This document shows, piece by piece, positions 38,975-54,303 of a stretch of DNA of 64,000 nucleotides. Below the pieces are notes generated by a model that worked only from the letters and a program-made list of their open reading frames with translations, ran no database searches and was not told the DNA's origin. Location: NCBI GenBank assembly GCA_002269645.1, contig NIVC01002322.1, positions 120,137 through 184,136 of the forward strand, given 5' to 3'. The stretch's first letter is position 1. Each line of letters starts with the position of its first letter. The translations under genes and the position numbers were made by a program. This stretch comes from Macrostomum lignano. Lineage: Eukaryota.

Positions 38975-39600
38975 ACCCGTCTATATCCGTCCCTATCCTT
39001 CTCTATCCGTCTCTATCCGTCCCTATCCGTCCCTATCCTTCTCTATCCGTCCCTATCCTTCTCTATCCGTCTCTATCCGTCCCTATCCGTCCCTATCCTT
39101 CTCTATCCGTCCCTATCCTTCTCTATCCGTCTCTATCCGTCCCTATCCGTCCCTATCCTTCTCTATCCGTCCCTATCCTTCTCTATCCGTCTCTATCCGT
39201 CCCTATCCGTCCCTATCCTTCTCTATCCGTCTCTATCCGTCCCTATCCGTTTCTATCCTTCTCTATCCGTCCCTATCCTTCTCTATCCGTCTCTATCCAT
39301 CCCTATCCGTCCCTATCCTTCTCTATCCGTTTCTATCCTTCTCTATCCGTCCATATCCGTCCCTTTCCGTCTCTATCCGTTTCTATCCTTCTCTATCCGT
39401 CTCTATCCATCCCTATCCGTCTCTATCCTTCTCTATTCGTCTCTTTCTGTCTCTGTTCGACTATATCCGTCTATATCCGTCTCTATTCGTCTCTATCCGT
39501 CTCTATCTGTCACTATCTGTTACTATTCGTTTCTATTCGTCTCTATGCGTATCTATACGTCTCTATGCATCTCTATCCTTCTCTATCCGTCTTTGTCTGT
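38975..39600. repeat. (ctctatccgtccctatc...)n pyrimidine-rich satellite
   Basis: Direct reading. Confidence 0.9.
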
Positions 39601-40469
39601 CTCATGCATCTATATTCGTCTCCTTTAATCCGTAATTATCAATAATCCCATTTCAAACAGTTTTATGCAACCTCAATCGCTAAGCCTGCCCACCTCTTAG
39701 TTATCCTCCGCCATCTCATCCTCATAAGCGCGTTATTTTTCAGCCATCGGGCAGGAGGCCCTCAAAACTCGGTCCCTCCTCAGCTGGGATTCCCGACCAT
39801 AAACTAACCACCAACACGTGTCCGACTTCCCAGGGTAGCTGGGCAGGGGAGCTCAGCAGCCGCCTGTTCCGAAAGTGACAGCTGCAGCCAGCGGCCTTAC
39901 GTAAGTGCCATCTATTCCAGACTCTCAGCCTCATCCCGAGTGGACCGGCAGCCTCCTGAAACTACAATGACGGTGAAGCCTGGAGAAACAAGTAGAGAAA
40001 AGATGAGATTGCAGTCCACCTGAGTGTGTGCAGTTTTATTCAATTAGGAAAACATTGATCGCGGCGCTCAACTCACGCACAGACCGGGGACTCCGCTAGC
40101 CGCTGTATCAGTCATTGTTGAACAAGGCCATCGCTGCTCTTGTCGGCGGTGAGACGCGCAGTCTGGGGAGCCGAAATCCCTGAAGTGACTCCACGCGAAT
40201 TCTGAGGCTGATTAGGCTGGAAAGAGTTGCATGCGATTGCTGGTTGGTGCGCCAGGTGAGCTGATCTCACAGCTCAACTCTAATCAGTGATGAAGCTAAT
40301 GCGCCTCGATCCACTCTAATAGCGCTGTCGCCCTCCATCTGAGATCAGGCTGATAAACTGCTTCTGATAGCTGGATGCTTTTTATCTGAGCTGATGGGGC
40401 TGAGTTTTTTTGGAGAAGACCTTCTCAAGGCTTCGATAATCTCGGGTTTTCTGACAGACCTGTTCTAAG

Positions 40470-41042
40470 CGTCTCTGGCGCTCAGTGTGTCTCTGGCGCC
40501 CAGGGTGTCTCTGGCGCCCAGGGTGTCTCTGGCGCCCAGGGTGTCTCTGGCGCCCAGGGTGTCTCTGGCGCCCAGGGTGTCTCTGGCGCCCAGGGTGTCT
40601 CTGGCGCCCAGGGTGTCTCTGGCGCCCAGGGTGTCTCTGGCGCCCAGGGTGTCTGTGGCGCCCAGGGTGTCTCTGGCGCTCAGGGTGTCTCTGGCGCTCA
40701 GGGTGTCTCTGGCGCCCAGGGTGTCTCTGGCGCCCAGGGTGTCTCTGGCGCCCAGGGTGTCTCTGGCGCTCAGGGTGTCTCTGGCGCTCGGGGTGTCTCT
40801 TGTCGCCATCAGTGTCCTTGGCGCCATCAGTGTCCTTGGCGCTCTCAGTGCCCTTGGCGCTCTCAGTGTCCTTGGCGCCATCAGTGACCTTGGCGCCCTC
40901 AGTGACCTTGGCGCCTTCAGTGTCCTTGGCGCCCTCAGTGACCTTGGCGCCTTCAGTGTCCTTGGCGCCCTCAGTGACCTTGGCGCCTTCAGTGTCCTTG
41001 GCGCCCTCAGTGACCTCGGTGCCCTCAGTGCCTCTGGCGCTC
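40470..41042. repeat. Composite 18-bp GC-rich array (tctggcgcccagggtgtc)n + (cagtgtccttggcgcc[ct/at])n
   Basis: Direct reading; a related copy lies at 42700-43290. Confidence 0.95.
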
Positions 41043-41644
41043 TTCTGATGTCTGTAACGCTTATTGCGAGTCCGCACCTCCCCCTAGCTGTTGCCATCGC
41101 CTCTCGAGCTCACCTCCTATCAAACAGCCCTCGAGGCGTCCCGGTCTCCATCAGTGAGACTTGATTGAATGTTTTGGTCACCACAAACCAATCTCAACTG
41201 AGTTTTTTGTCAGAGAGAAACCTTTGTGTCTGAAAACCCGCTTGCTTTGCTCGGAAACTCCCTCTTTAATGAGATTCCCTATTCTATTAACCAAATTCTG
41301 CAGCAATTAAAACATTCACAACAAAAAGATGAGGCGAAGTGGAAGCTGAGGCGGCTAAAATTCTTTGAATAAACGAGACTACGACTGAAAATTGAAGTGT
41401 TGAACATGATCGAAGGGCACGCCAAACTCCCTTAGCCCTGGGGGCGGTAGCGAGTTGCGGGCCTGTGGTTTGCCGGAAATCAGAGGTTGATGTTGAATCG
41501 GTAGTTCCGGGTTACTGCGGCTGTCTGTGTGGCTGCGGCTTTTCATTGTTGCATCGGCATAACAAACCATGGAAGCCTTGAGAGGCTGAATTTGAAAATT
41601 TGATAAATTATTATTCGAGGTTCAGCGTATAAATAAAATCGAGG

Positions 41645-42102
41645 GACACTGAGAAACACAGACAGACACAGACAGACACAGGCAGACACAGGCAGACACA
41701 AACAGACACAGACAGACACAGACAGACACAGAAAAGACAGATGCAGACAGACACGGGCAGACACAGGCAGACACAGACAGACACAGGCAGACACTGGCAG
41801 ACACAAACAGACACAGGCAGACACAGACAGACACAGAAAAGACAAATGCAGACAGACACGGGCAGACACAGGCAGACACAGGCAGACACAGGCAGACACA
41901 GGCAGACACAGGCAGACACAGGCAGACACAGGCAGACACAGGCAGACACAGGCAGACACAGGCAGACACAGATAGACACGGGCAGACACAGGCAGACACA
42001 GGCAGACACGGGCAGGCACAGGCAGACACAGGCAGACACAGGCAGACACAGGCAGACACGGGCAGACACAGGCAGACACAGGCAGACACAGGCAGACACA
42101 GA
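41645..42102. repeat. 10-bp satellite (ggcagacaca)n
   Basis: Direct reading. Confidence 0.92.
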
Positions 42103-42699
42103 GAAATGCAGTGACAACTGACCAGAAAATGGATAAAAATGGGTTTCCACTCCAGATCGTTTAGTTCTAGACGTCCTTGACCGAGGCAAAGGTGACAAAT
42201 TGCCTGTTTTAGTAGACAAAGCAAAAAACTTCGACATGTGTTTTCTGATCTCCATCGTTACTTCGTGAGCGACTGTTTCTATGCGATGGTTGAGTTGAGC
42301 GGTCGCTCCTCTTTAACCCGAAGCAAAGCTCACTCACTATTCCCACCCTCAGGGGCTTACTAGGATAAATGCTGCTCACAATTTTAAATAGCTACACTTG
42401 TTTGCAGAGCTCAACTGCTTCGGTTAAAGAGGGGTCGAGAAGGGTTTTTTGGGAGCCTTTGTTGTTGCTTAGGCCGAGATTCTTAACTGTTCTGTGCGAG
42501 CGAAATTTATTGGGGAGAGCGGGAAATGTTTGATTTGGGAAGACCAAAGATTATCTTCATTTGGGGGGATTTGCTATGGGATGCGATGCGAAGGTGGCGC
42601 ATTGCTAAGGTATGTCTCGGGGTGGCAACTGGATAATATTGTGGGACAACACGGAATGTTGGGCTTTTGGTAAGGCCAGCATCTGGCGCTCCGGCCTCC

Positions 42700-43290
42700 G
42701 GTGTCTGTGGCGCCCAGGGTGTCTCTGGCGCCCAGGGTGTCTCTTGGCGCCCAGGGTGTCTCTGGCGCCCAGGGTGTCTCTGGCGCCCAGGGTGTCTCTT
42801 GGCGCCCAGGGTGTCTCTGGCGCCCAGGGTGTCTCTGGCGCCCAGGGTGTCTCTTGGCGCCCAGGGTGTCTCTGGCGCCCAGGGTGTCTCTGGCGCCCAG
42901 GGTGTCTCTTGTCGCCATCAGTGTCTTGGGCGCCATCAGTTTCCTTGGCGCCCTCAGTGTCTTGGGCGCCATCAGTGTCCTTGGCGCCCTCAGTGTCTTG
43001 GGCGCCATCAGTGTCCTTGGCGCCCTCAGTGTCTTGGGCGCCATCAGTGTCCTTGGCGCACTCAGTGTCTCGGGCGCCATCAGTGTCCTTGGCGCCCTCA
43101 GTGTCCTTTGCGCCCAGGGTGTCTCTGGCGCCCAGGGTGTCTCTGGCGCCCAGGGTGTCTCTGGCGCCCAGGGTGTCTCTGGCGCCCAGGGTGTCTCTGG
43201 CGCCCAGGGTGTCTCTGGCGCCCAGGGTGTCTCTGGCGCCCAGGGTGTCCTTTGCGCCCTCAGTGTCCTTTGCGCCCAGGGTGTCCCAGG
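42700..43290. repeat. Second composite 18-bp GC-rich array
   Basis: Same two unit types and the same cttgtcgccatcagtgtc transition as 40470-41042. Confidence 0.95.
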
Positions 43291-44599
43291 AGCCTTCTGG
43301 TGTCCAGATTCCACATTTTCCTTCATAAATATAATATTTCTAACTTGTTTTTAGCTTTTAGAAAAAAGACTTCAAGCGCATGGACATCAATGCTACGAAT
43401 CAGTGTCTGAATTTATTGATCAAGTCAGATATCGACACGCAGTATGTAGCTAAAAAATGTATACAAATTTTTGAACAATAAATATTCTTAATATATTATC
43501 AGTAACCAAATTTTAGAGAAATTAACTTTGATAGACTGGAGCAGAGAGGCAGACATGCTGGTGGGGGGGGGTCAGGCAGTCAGCCTGGTTGCAAAACCCG
43601 CTGACTTCTGCTATGACGAGTCTGCGGGGATAAGAATGAAAAAAGCATTATAACTGAGGGCGGAAGCTGAGCAGAGGGTGAGGGGTGGGGGTTGATGATG
43701 AGGCTGCAAAGTTAACTTTGAGGAGGCCTAGTCCTGCTCACGATGAAAGGCAGGAGACATGGTGCGCACGCCATTCTCGCCCAGATCCCACTTGGCAACA
43801 AAAAGGCGCTTTCAAAAAAATATGAGTTAATAAAAAATAATTCATCTATCAGGCAATTCTGGAGTCCCACCTTTATAGTCGAGAAAAAAGGGCTGGTTAA
43901 ATTTGTTAATAACCTGTTTGCACGCTGGGAATAAAATTAATTTCTGTGAACAATGCTACTGGAGGAAATTTATGAGGGCTCATTTTTCGAGCTCGAATAG
44001 ATTGACATTCGATTTTCCCCTGGATCAAAATCGATGTGTATAAGATAGACGGGTGAACCAGGCTAGACAAAAAAGTGATTTTAAGAGACAAAATTTCTAT
44101 TCTAAAGCTTTTGTATGGAAGTTTCCGAACACTAAAAATCAAATATGCGGCCCATTGAATTGTCCAGCATTGAGACAAGTTCTCGTCCGGCATGCGGGAC
44201 CAGCAGGATTTTGGGGATTTTTGATTTGACTTCGCTTAAACAGCTCCCCAGTCGGAGCCTCAATCCAGGCCGCGGAAATCTCAGCTGGCAATGCGAATTG
44301 GTGAACTTTAAAAAAGTTGATGATGCTGTTGTTGTTGCGACAGAGCTTGGGAGCGGTCACGTGCCGCACGTGCACTGCAGAGCTTTCTGCAGCTCTCAAT
44401 AAAAAAGCAGTTCATTTCTTGGTTGCAAGCCTTGTTGATTTGGACCCGCAGAATTCCGTTTTGTTGACGCTAAACTGGGCAGAGATGAGGAGCATTGCTT
44501 CAGGAAACACATCAAGAAGTCAGATAAATATTGCTTTTAAAAAGCAGAAGACAAGCACTTTTTTCTAAATGTTGAAATTAACCATCAGAATTCGATCGT

Positions 44600-47235
<2,636 letters not shown>

Positions 47236-48254
47236 ACTTGAGAAATCAATCAGAATTTGCCCAGTGCCTTTCCCAGTCGGGCCAGTGGTTCATGCTGTTG
47301 ATAGCAAGCTCACTCTGTGACTCCCTGGACTTCGGTTGTGAATCTGTTGTTGGTCACGTGCTGGAATTGTCTGGGTTCCCGCAAATGTTTGTCTCCGAGC
47401 GACTGCGGTCCGTGTCTCTCCTAGAAGAAGACAAAGTAGTAGGAAGAAGCGCCCTCTAATTTTTTTATTATGAAAGCAGAAAGGGTGGGCACTTTGGTGA
47501 CCATGGGCGGACATGTGCCAAGGAGCCACGCCTGACCAAGTGCGAGACTGGCGCACACGCACAGCACAGATGAAACTCAGAGAGTGTGCGGCTCGTGTGT
47601 TCTTCCTCAAGAAATGCCTTTTTTGCATTCTGCGTTTAGCATTATTAGGCCACGAGCGGCCTGGGAGACTCAGCGCTCACTCGAGGGATATATAAAAAAG
47701 TTCTGCCACTTTTAGCGTTTGACTCGATTTTCCCCTCAGCCAGTTGGAAGTCTGGCCCCGTCCTGGAGATAAACTACAATGGGGAGAAGTGTCTTAAAAA
47801 AAAAACTTCCCAAACTAGATAGGAGAATTTGAGGAGACAAAAAAGGGCAGGTGTGTCACAGCTAGTTTTTGTGCGCATAGTCAGAGATATTAGTTGAAGT
47901 TACTGCAGGGAGAAGGCAACACGTGGCCGGGACCTGAGATTAGCCTAGCGACTATCTATTGTATGAGCATCCAGTCTTAAGTACGCCCTGAACTGGTTTT
48001 GTTCAGCTGCGAGCAAAGCTAATCTTTAAAATTATCCCAATTATGTGGCATAAAACTTCAGCGCTACATCCTTATGGTTCCCAGACCAGTATGAGGTAAC
48101 CCTCATCGCTCACTGCTTTCCTGAAGGCACGATATATCCTGACGCATCGTAAACTCTCCTCATCTGAACAGCATTGAGAGTCTGGGCTATGGCTCTTGTT
48201 GCTCCAGTTTACAACGTGTAACTACATGTGGAGTGAGAGGTGGATCGGGAGACA

Positions 48255-48960
48255 GAGAGAGAGAGGTAGACAGAGAACAGAGTGAGAGAGGTAGATAGGG
48301 ACAGAATGAGAGAGGTAGATAGGGACAGAATGAGAGAGGTAGATAGGGACAGAGTGAGAGAAGTAGATAGGGACAGAGTGAGAGAGGTAGATAGGGACAG
48401 AATGAGAGAGGTAGATAGGGACAGAGTGAGAGAAGTAGATAGGGACAGAGTGAGAGAGGTAGATAGGGACAGAGTGAGAGAGGTAGATAGGGACAGAGTG
48501 AGAGAAGTATATAGGGACAGAGTGAGAGAGGTAGATAGGGACAGAGTGAGAGAGGTAGATAGGGACAGAATGAGAGAGGTAGATAGGGACAGAGTGAGAG
48601 AGGTAGACAGGGACAGAATGAGAGAGGTAGATAGGGACAGAATGAGAGAGGTAGATAGGGACAGAGTGAGAGAGGTAGATAGGGACAGAATGAGAGAGGT
48701 AGATAGGGACAGAGTGAGAGAGGTAGATAGGGACAGAATGAGAGAGGTAGATAGGGACAGAGTGAGAGAGGTAGATAGGGACAGAATGAGAGAGGTAGAT
48801 AAGGACAGAGTGAGAGAGGTAGATAGGGACAGAATGAGAGAGGTAGATAGGGACAGAGTGAGAGAGGTAGACAGGGACAGAATGAGAGAGGTAGATAGGG
48901 ACAGAGTGAGAGAGGTAGATAGGGACAGAATGAGAGAGGTAGATAGGGACAGAGTGGGAG
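48255..48960. repeat. 24-bp purine-rich satellite (gagagaggtagatagggacaga[gt/at])n
   Basis: Direct reading. Confidence 0.95.
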
Positions 48961-49344
48961 GCAGATGAGCAGAGAAAGTTTCTAAGAATTCACTGAAAGC
49001 ATGGAATCATCAATTCTCAGTCAGCATTGCAAAGAATGGCAAGCATATTGTGAGACTCTACTCTATGTGGCAATTAGATTGCTCAAAAATCGCAGTTTTT
49101 CCATCAGCTATCGAATTTCGCGGTTATTTATTCCATAGATTTATATATCTACGAGGCCAACTCCTCCGTTGGCGGAGTGAGGGGATGGAACTCCCATCGC
49201 CAGAATTTCATTCCCCGAAACCATCAGCTGAATCCAATCCAATACCATCGTCCAAATCCTTTCCAAATCCTCTATTAACCTCCCAAAAACCATGTTGTTT
49301 TACCTGTGTGCAAAACTTGACTGCCTGCCATCGTCCAGACTGAG

Positions 49345-50945
49345 ACTCTCGTCTGTCTCCTCTCTCCTTTTTGCTCTCTCATCTCTAATCTCTCCTATCT
49401 CCTCTCTGCTCTCTCATCTCTAATCTCTGCTATCTCCTCTCTGCTCTCATCTCCTCGCTTATCTATCATTTCTCATCTCTACTCTCTTATCTCTCCTCAC
49501 TACTTTCTCCTCTTAACTTTTTCCTCTCTCCTCTTTTATCGCTTTTCTCTCCTCTCCTTTATCTCCTCTCTGCTCTCTCATCTCTCTACTTTCTCCCCTC
49601 TCCTCTCTCCCTTATCCTCTTGCTTCTCTCTCCTCTCTCTCCCCTCATCTCTACTAATTTATCTCTTCTCTCTCGTCTTTTGGCTCTACTCCCTCTGTCT
49701 CCTCTTTCTCCTCTCTTACCCCCTCTCCTCTCTCCTCTCAATTACCTCATCTCTTCTCTCGCCTTTATTCTCTTTTTCTTTTCTCTAATCTGTCCCTTTT
49801 AATTCTCTCTTTTCATGTTCTCTTTCATCTAATCTTTTATCTACTCTAGCCTTTTCTCTTTTCTCTATTCCCTTTCATTTAACCATTTCATCCTATCCAT
49901 GAAACAGCTATCATCAAAATCCTCTCCGTTAAACTGCAATCAAGCGTGTATCATCTCCTTCAAGCTACAATCCATCGATTTAAAAAAATATTATCTCTAT
50001 CAAATTTCAGTCAATCAAGACTATGAAACTGAAGTCTATAAAAATATGCTTTTTACTTGTCTGGGTATACGTCAAAAAATCTTCCAAATCTTCCAAATCC
50101 TCCATAAAACCTCTGAAATATCATAGCATGTTTTCCCTGTTTACAAAAATTGACTGCCATCGTCCAGACTGAGACTCTCTCCTGTCGCCTCTCTCCTCTT
50201 TGCTCCTTTATCTAATCTCTTCTTTCTGCTTCCTGCTCTCCATCTCCTCTCTCATCTCTACTCTTACTTTCTTATCAATCACCTCCCATCTCTCATCTCT
50301 CCTCTCTACGCTCTCATCTCTATTTTCTCATCTCTATTCTCTCATCTTTTCCCTTTGCTCTCTCATTTGTTTTTTCATCTCTCTCTTCTCTCCCTTCTCT
50401 TCTCGCTTCTCTCTCTCCCTCTTCACTCTATCTCTTCTCTCCTGTCTTCTCTCATTTCTCTCTATCTCTCCTCTTCTCTCTCATCTCTCATCTCTACTCG
50501 CTTATCTATCGCCTCTCCTCTACCCTGTCCTCTCTTTCTCTCCTCTCTTTTCTCTCTCGTCTCTCCTCTCTGCTCTCATTTCTCATACTCCTATTTTCTC
50601 TCTTACCCTCTCCCTTTTCATCTCTCATCTTTCCCCTCTTCTCTCTACCGTCTCCTGTCTCATCTCTCCTCTCTCTTCTCTCTCCTCTGTACTATCTTAT
50701 CCCTCCTCTCTCCTCCCATCTTACCTCCCTCCTTTGCTCTCTCATTTTTCCTCTCTCCCCTCCTTTCTTCCCTCTACATTCTCTTCTCTTCGCTCTCCCT
50801 CTTCATCATTCCCGCCTCACTCCCCTCTTCTCTCCCCTCTGTCGTCGACTCGTCTTTAATCTCACAGCTCTCATATCTACTGTCTTTTCTATCATCTTTC
50901 TATCCTCTCTTCTCCTTGAAATCTCTTCTCTCTACTCTCTTATCT
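49345..50945. repeat. Two CT-rich low-complexity tracts, each preceded by the same 26-bp sequence
   Basis: ctgccatcgtccagactgagactctc occurs at 49325-49350 and 50154-50179. Confidence 0.8.
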
Positions 50946-52400
50946 GACGGACTGAAAGCGCCGATAATCAAACCAATTGAAATTTGTCACCCGCCTCCTC
51001 CATTACTGAAATTCCTCAAATGATAGCTGGCTTGAATTTGTGTACGCAACCTCCCCCCAACTACAATCTTGGCAGAAAGTTTAAAAGTATGGAAATCGTT
51101 TTTTTCAATGCTGTGCTTTTTGTTTTCATATTTAAAGCAAATAACTTATATCCCCGAATTTAGCGTTGCAAGATCGAGCAAAGCTTCAAAGCATTAAGTA
51201 TCGAGTGTACATTCACCTGCCTGCTGTTTATTCATTGAATTTCACTGCCCAGCTAATATACAGCCAGGGCTGCCTTTCGAAAGGCGCCGATAATAAAACC
51301 AATTGAATCTCGACACAGTCCTATCTATCTGTTTACAATGTACATTGCTATGTACACTCAGCCCAAACCAACCCTCCGTTCTGGGGGGAATCATTAAGTT
51401 TAACTGAACCCCCCAACACGCGGGGGGTTTTATTAGCATTGAACCCAGAACACGCATCACCCACCCCTCCAATACACAGCGACCTGCGGGGGGGGGGGGT
51501 TGGGGTGGTTGTTTTTACAACTAATGCCACTGGAGAGGCAAAGTGGCCAAAGAAGGTTAAGAAAACAGTTTTCTGCTTTTTTAGCAGACTTAATTTTGAA
51601 AATTTCAACATTAAAATAGCCTATTTGTTGCGTAGGAAAATTCTGCATTGATATATATAAGTCGCGCATTTGAGTTGCCAGCCGTTTAGGAGGAGATACG
51701 CGTTAAACCCGGCCGGTCGATCGATCCACTCAGCTTTAGATATAAGATATAATAAGATTCCAAGATTGAAATCGAATATCTCAGAGGTGCCCAGAGAAAG
51801 TCTGTTATGCAGAATAGCTGAGTATCTCACACACCAATTTCAATTTTGACTGACTGAAATTGATGATGAAGAACCCGAAGCAATTGAAGTGGGGGTCACT
51901 GATGCCGCTTAAAAATCGCTCGAGAAGCTGGACTGCAGGACTCCGATAGCTGAGGATGGACAGGTTTGAGGAAACCTGATAACGTCTCATGCGCCCTTCT
52001 ACTCAAGATTTTCAAGAGAATGGATGGGCGATGAAAAATATGGCTGGACTGGGGGCAGGTCATTAGGTTAATAGATTGAAAGCCCCCCCCTGAGCCCAGA
52101 CTCAGGCGCGTGCCCCCCTGACCACTTGTCAAACACAGCGGGGGCCCCGCGTGCGCTCAAACAAAAATGGGCGGTTGAGCAAAAAACTGAAATTCCTCAA
52201 GTTGCAGGCCTCGAGCCGTTCTGTAATCAAACAGAGGCGCTTATTAATGGCTGGGTTTGGGACCCGATGCCTCAGCTCCATCATCTAACACTGCCATCTT
52301 CCCATTGTTCTATTGAATTTGGGAGATATATGGTCAGACATTTGAGTTAGCTCAGACTGGACAATGGGAATCGTTCCCCACTCATTGAGCCTTTGACCAC

Positions 52401-52668
52401 AGTAGTATAGAAAAAGACGCTTCTAGACCCAGAGCACTTTTTTAATGACCGTTTTAAGGGTCTAGAGGGGGGACACGGGGGGTAAATAAAAAAACACATC
52501 TAAACACCCTTAACACATCTAATCACCCATAATCACCCCTAACAATAAAAATCACTTCCCAACACTTCCAAACACTCCCCAACACCCCCCTCGCGTCCCC
52601 CCTCTTAAGACCATAAAAACGGCCATTAAAATAAGGTCTGATCTAGAAGCGTCTTTTTCTATACTACT
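52401..52668. repeat. Inverted repeat: perfect 27-bp arms 52401-52427 / 52642-52668, extended imperfectly to ~85 bp, around a G-free loop
   Basis: agtagtatagaaaaagacgcttctaga is the exact reverse complement of tctagaagcgtctttttctatactact. Confidence 0.95.
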
Positions 52669-52753
52669 ACTCTATAACCCCTTGCCCGCGCCGCAGGCGC
52701 TAAGGGTCGGAAAGAATAGAAGCTATTTATAGTCAGTTCACCTACCCACCCAA

Positions 52754-52851
52754 CATTCCATTTAGACCAGATTTTAGACCAAACAAAACTAGACTATCGT
52801 TTTGGTTTTCGTTTTCAAAAATTTGGTCTAAAATCTGGTCTAAATGGAATG
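52754..52851. repeat. Perfect 30-bp inverted repeat (52754-52783 / 52822-52851), 38-nt loop
   Basis: cattccatttagaccagattttagaccaaa versus tttggtctaaaatctggtctaaatggaatg. Confidence 0.95.
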
Positions 52852-52889
52852 CAGACAATCTTTTTCTGTTACTAAAAATAGAACAAAAA

Positions 52890-53299
52890 ATGACACACGT
52901 TACACATATGCAAAATCTGAATGAATTGCAGGTAGGAGACCCAGTTGAATACCGAGGTGAGGGGCTTTTTGATGTGGTTGGAACAGCAGCAAATTTTGTT
53001 AAAGACAATATGGGGCTTATAGGGCAAGCTGGCTCCGCAGCAGGTTCTATAACAAATGCTGTAAAAGGAGGAATTGAAGCAGCTAGAGCGGCAGAAGAAC
53101 TAAAGAAATTGAGAGAATTTAACGATACCCTCTCACAGATAAAAGCAATAAAAGATTTGAAATTAGCACAGGAAGCAACCCAAGCCGCACAACCAACAGA
53201 AACCCCACGAAAAGCGCACCAATAAGTAATAAAGATATTCAGGATTTTAATAAAATGTTAAATACTATTAAAGGTGGAAAAGGATTAAAGAAATTTTAA
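52890..53299 (+). CDS. pVI-like virion precursor protein (amphipathic helix after GEG|; probable -1 frameshift near 53205 giving C-terminus ...IKGGKGLKKF)
   Basis: aaaaaATG start; YRGEG|LFDVVGTAANFVKDNM; VKGG; the -1 frame 53204-53299 reads PTKSAPISNKDIQDFNKMLNTIKGGKGLKKF*. Function is inferred. Confidence 0.6.
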
Positions 53300-53309
53300 C
53301 AATATAAAA

Positions 53310-54303
53310 ATGGGCTCAGTTAATGATGATGAAAACCGGTTATATTTTATAGGAGAAATTGTAGATACTTTAGATCTTGATGATAATAAGCAAACCCACA
53401 CAATGTTAAAAAGATTGGATCGATTAGGTAAAAAGTTTGACTACGACATCGATACATTTAAACTCGCAGCAAAATATGCACAAGAAGGAAGGCCAATATC
53501 CTTTAAGAATCGCGGCAGAAATTATAGGTTGACAGACTCTGATGTGAAATTTTTAATGGAGACTCACACTAAAAAGGACGGTGGATTACTACCCATTCTA
53601 CCGCTTCTTTTAGGGCTTGGCGCAGCTGGAGCAGTCGGTTTAGCCGGAAAAAGAATTCATGATAATGTAAAACAGCTAGGAGAGTTAAGAGCGAAACAGG
53701 GGGGAATCTTACCCCTTGCAGCTTTGCTCCCAATAATTTTTGCAGGAATTGGAGCAGCTGGAGGAGTTGCTGGCGGAGCAGCTGGAATTGCAAAAGCAGT
53801 AAATGACAAAAAAGCTGCGGACGAAAAAGCCAAACGAGATGCAGAATTTCAAAGACAGCAAATAACGCAGGACGCACAATTTAAACAAAAACTTATCGAT
53901 ACAATTAATAGTAGTTCAGCAACAGCTGAGCAAAAAAGAAATGCAGAAGCTAGGTTATCAGCTGGAAAAGGGTTAATACTAAAAGGATCAAATCATGGCA
54001 ATGGTTTACTTTTACAAGGAACAACCCAAGGAAGTGGAGTTGTCGCAGATAAACTACACGAATTTGGCCAAACTTTAGAAAAAACGGGTGAGAAAGCTAA
54101 AGGATTTTTTGACAATATTGGATCCAATTTTAGACCAGCAGTTCAGAAGATTTTACTAAATTAGGAAAAGATTTTAACATCATTGAAAAACATGATGGAA
54201 GCGGATTATATCTCGAAATGAGACCAAAAGCAGGTTCAGGAATTTTCTTAAATTCAAACGTTATGGCAATGGATTGCTATTACCAAAAGCAGATCTCGAA
54301 TAG
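53310..54303 (+). CDS. pX/mu-like polyprotein precursor with repeated GG|/GxG| motifs (intact to 54164, continued by -1 shifts)
   Basis: KDGG|LLPILPLLLGLGAAG and KQGG|ILPLAALLPIIFAGIGAAGG resemble the adenovirus pX tail MRGG|ILPLLIPLIAAAIGA; GKG|LIL, GNG|LLL, GSG|VV; downstream frames give GSG|LYL, GSG|IFL and GNG|LLL. Confidence 0.7.

Noticed and set aside
50958-51307. 24-bp direct repeat gcgccgataat[c/a]aaaccaattgaa (50958 and 51284) as a possible left boundary of the virus
   Set aside because: It lies more than 1 kb outside the AGTAGT end, has no terminal signature and no viral ORFs between; probably a host repeat.
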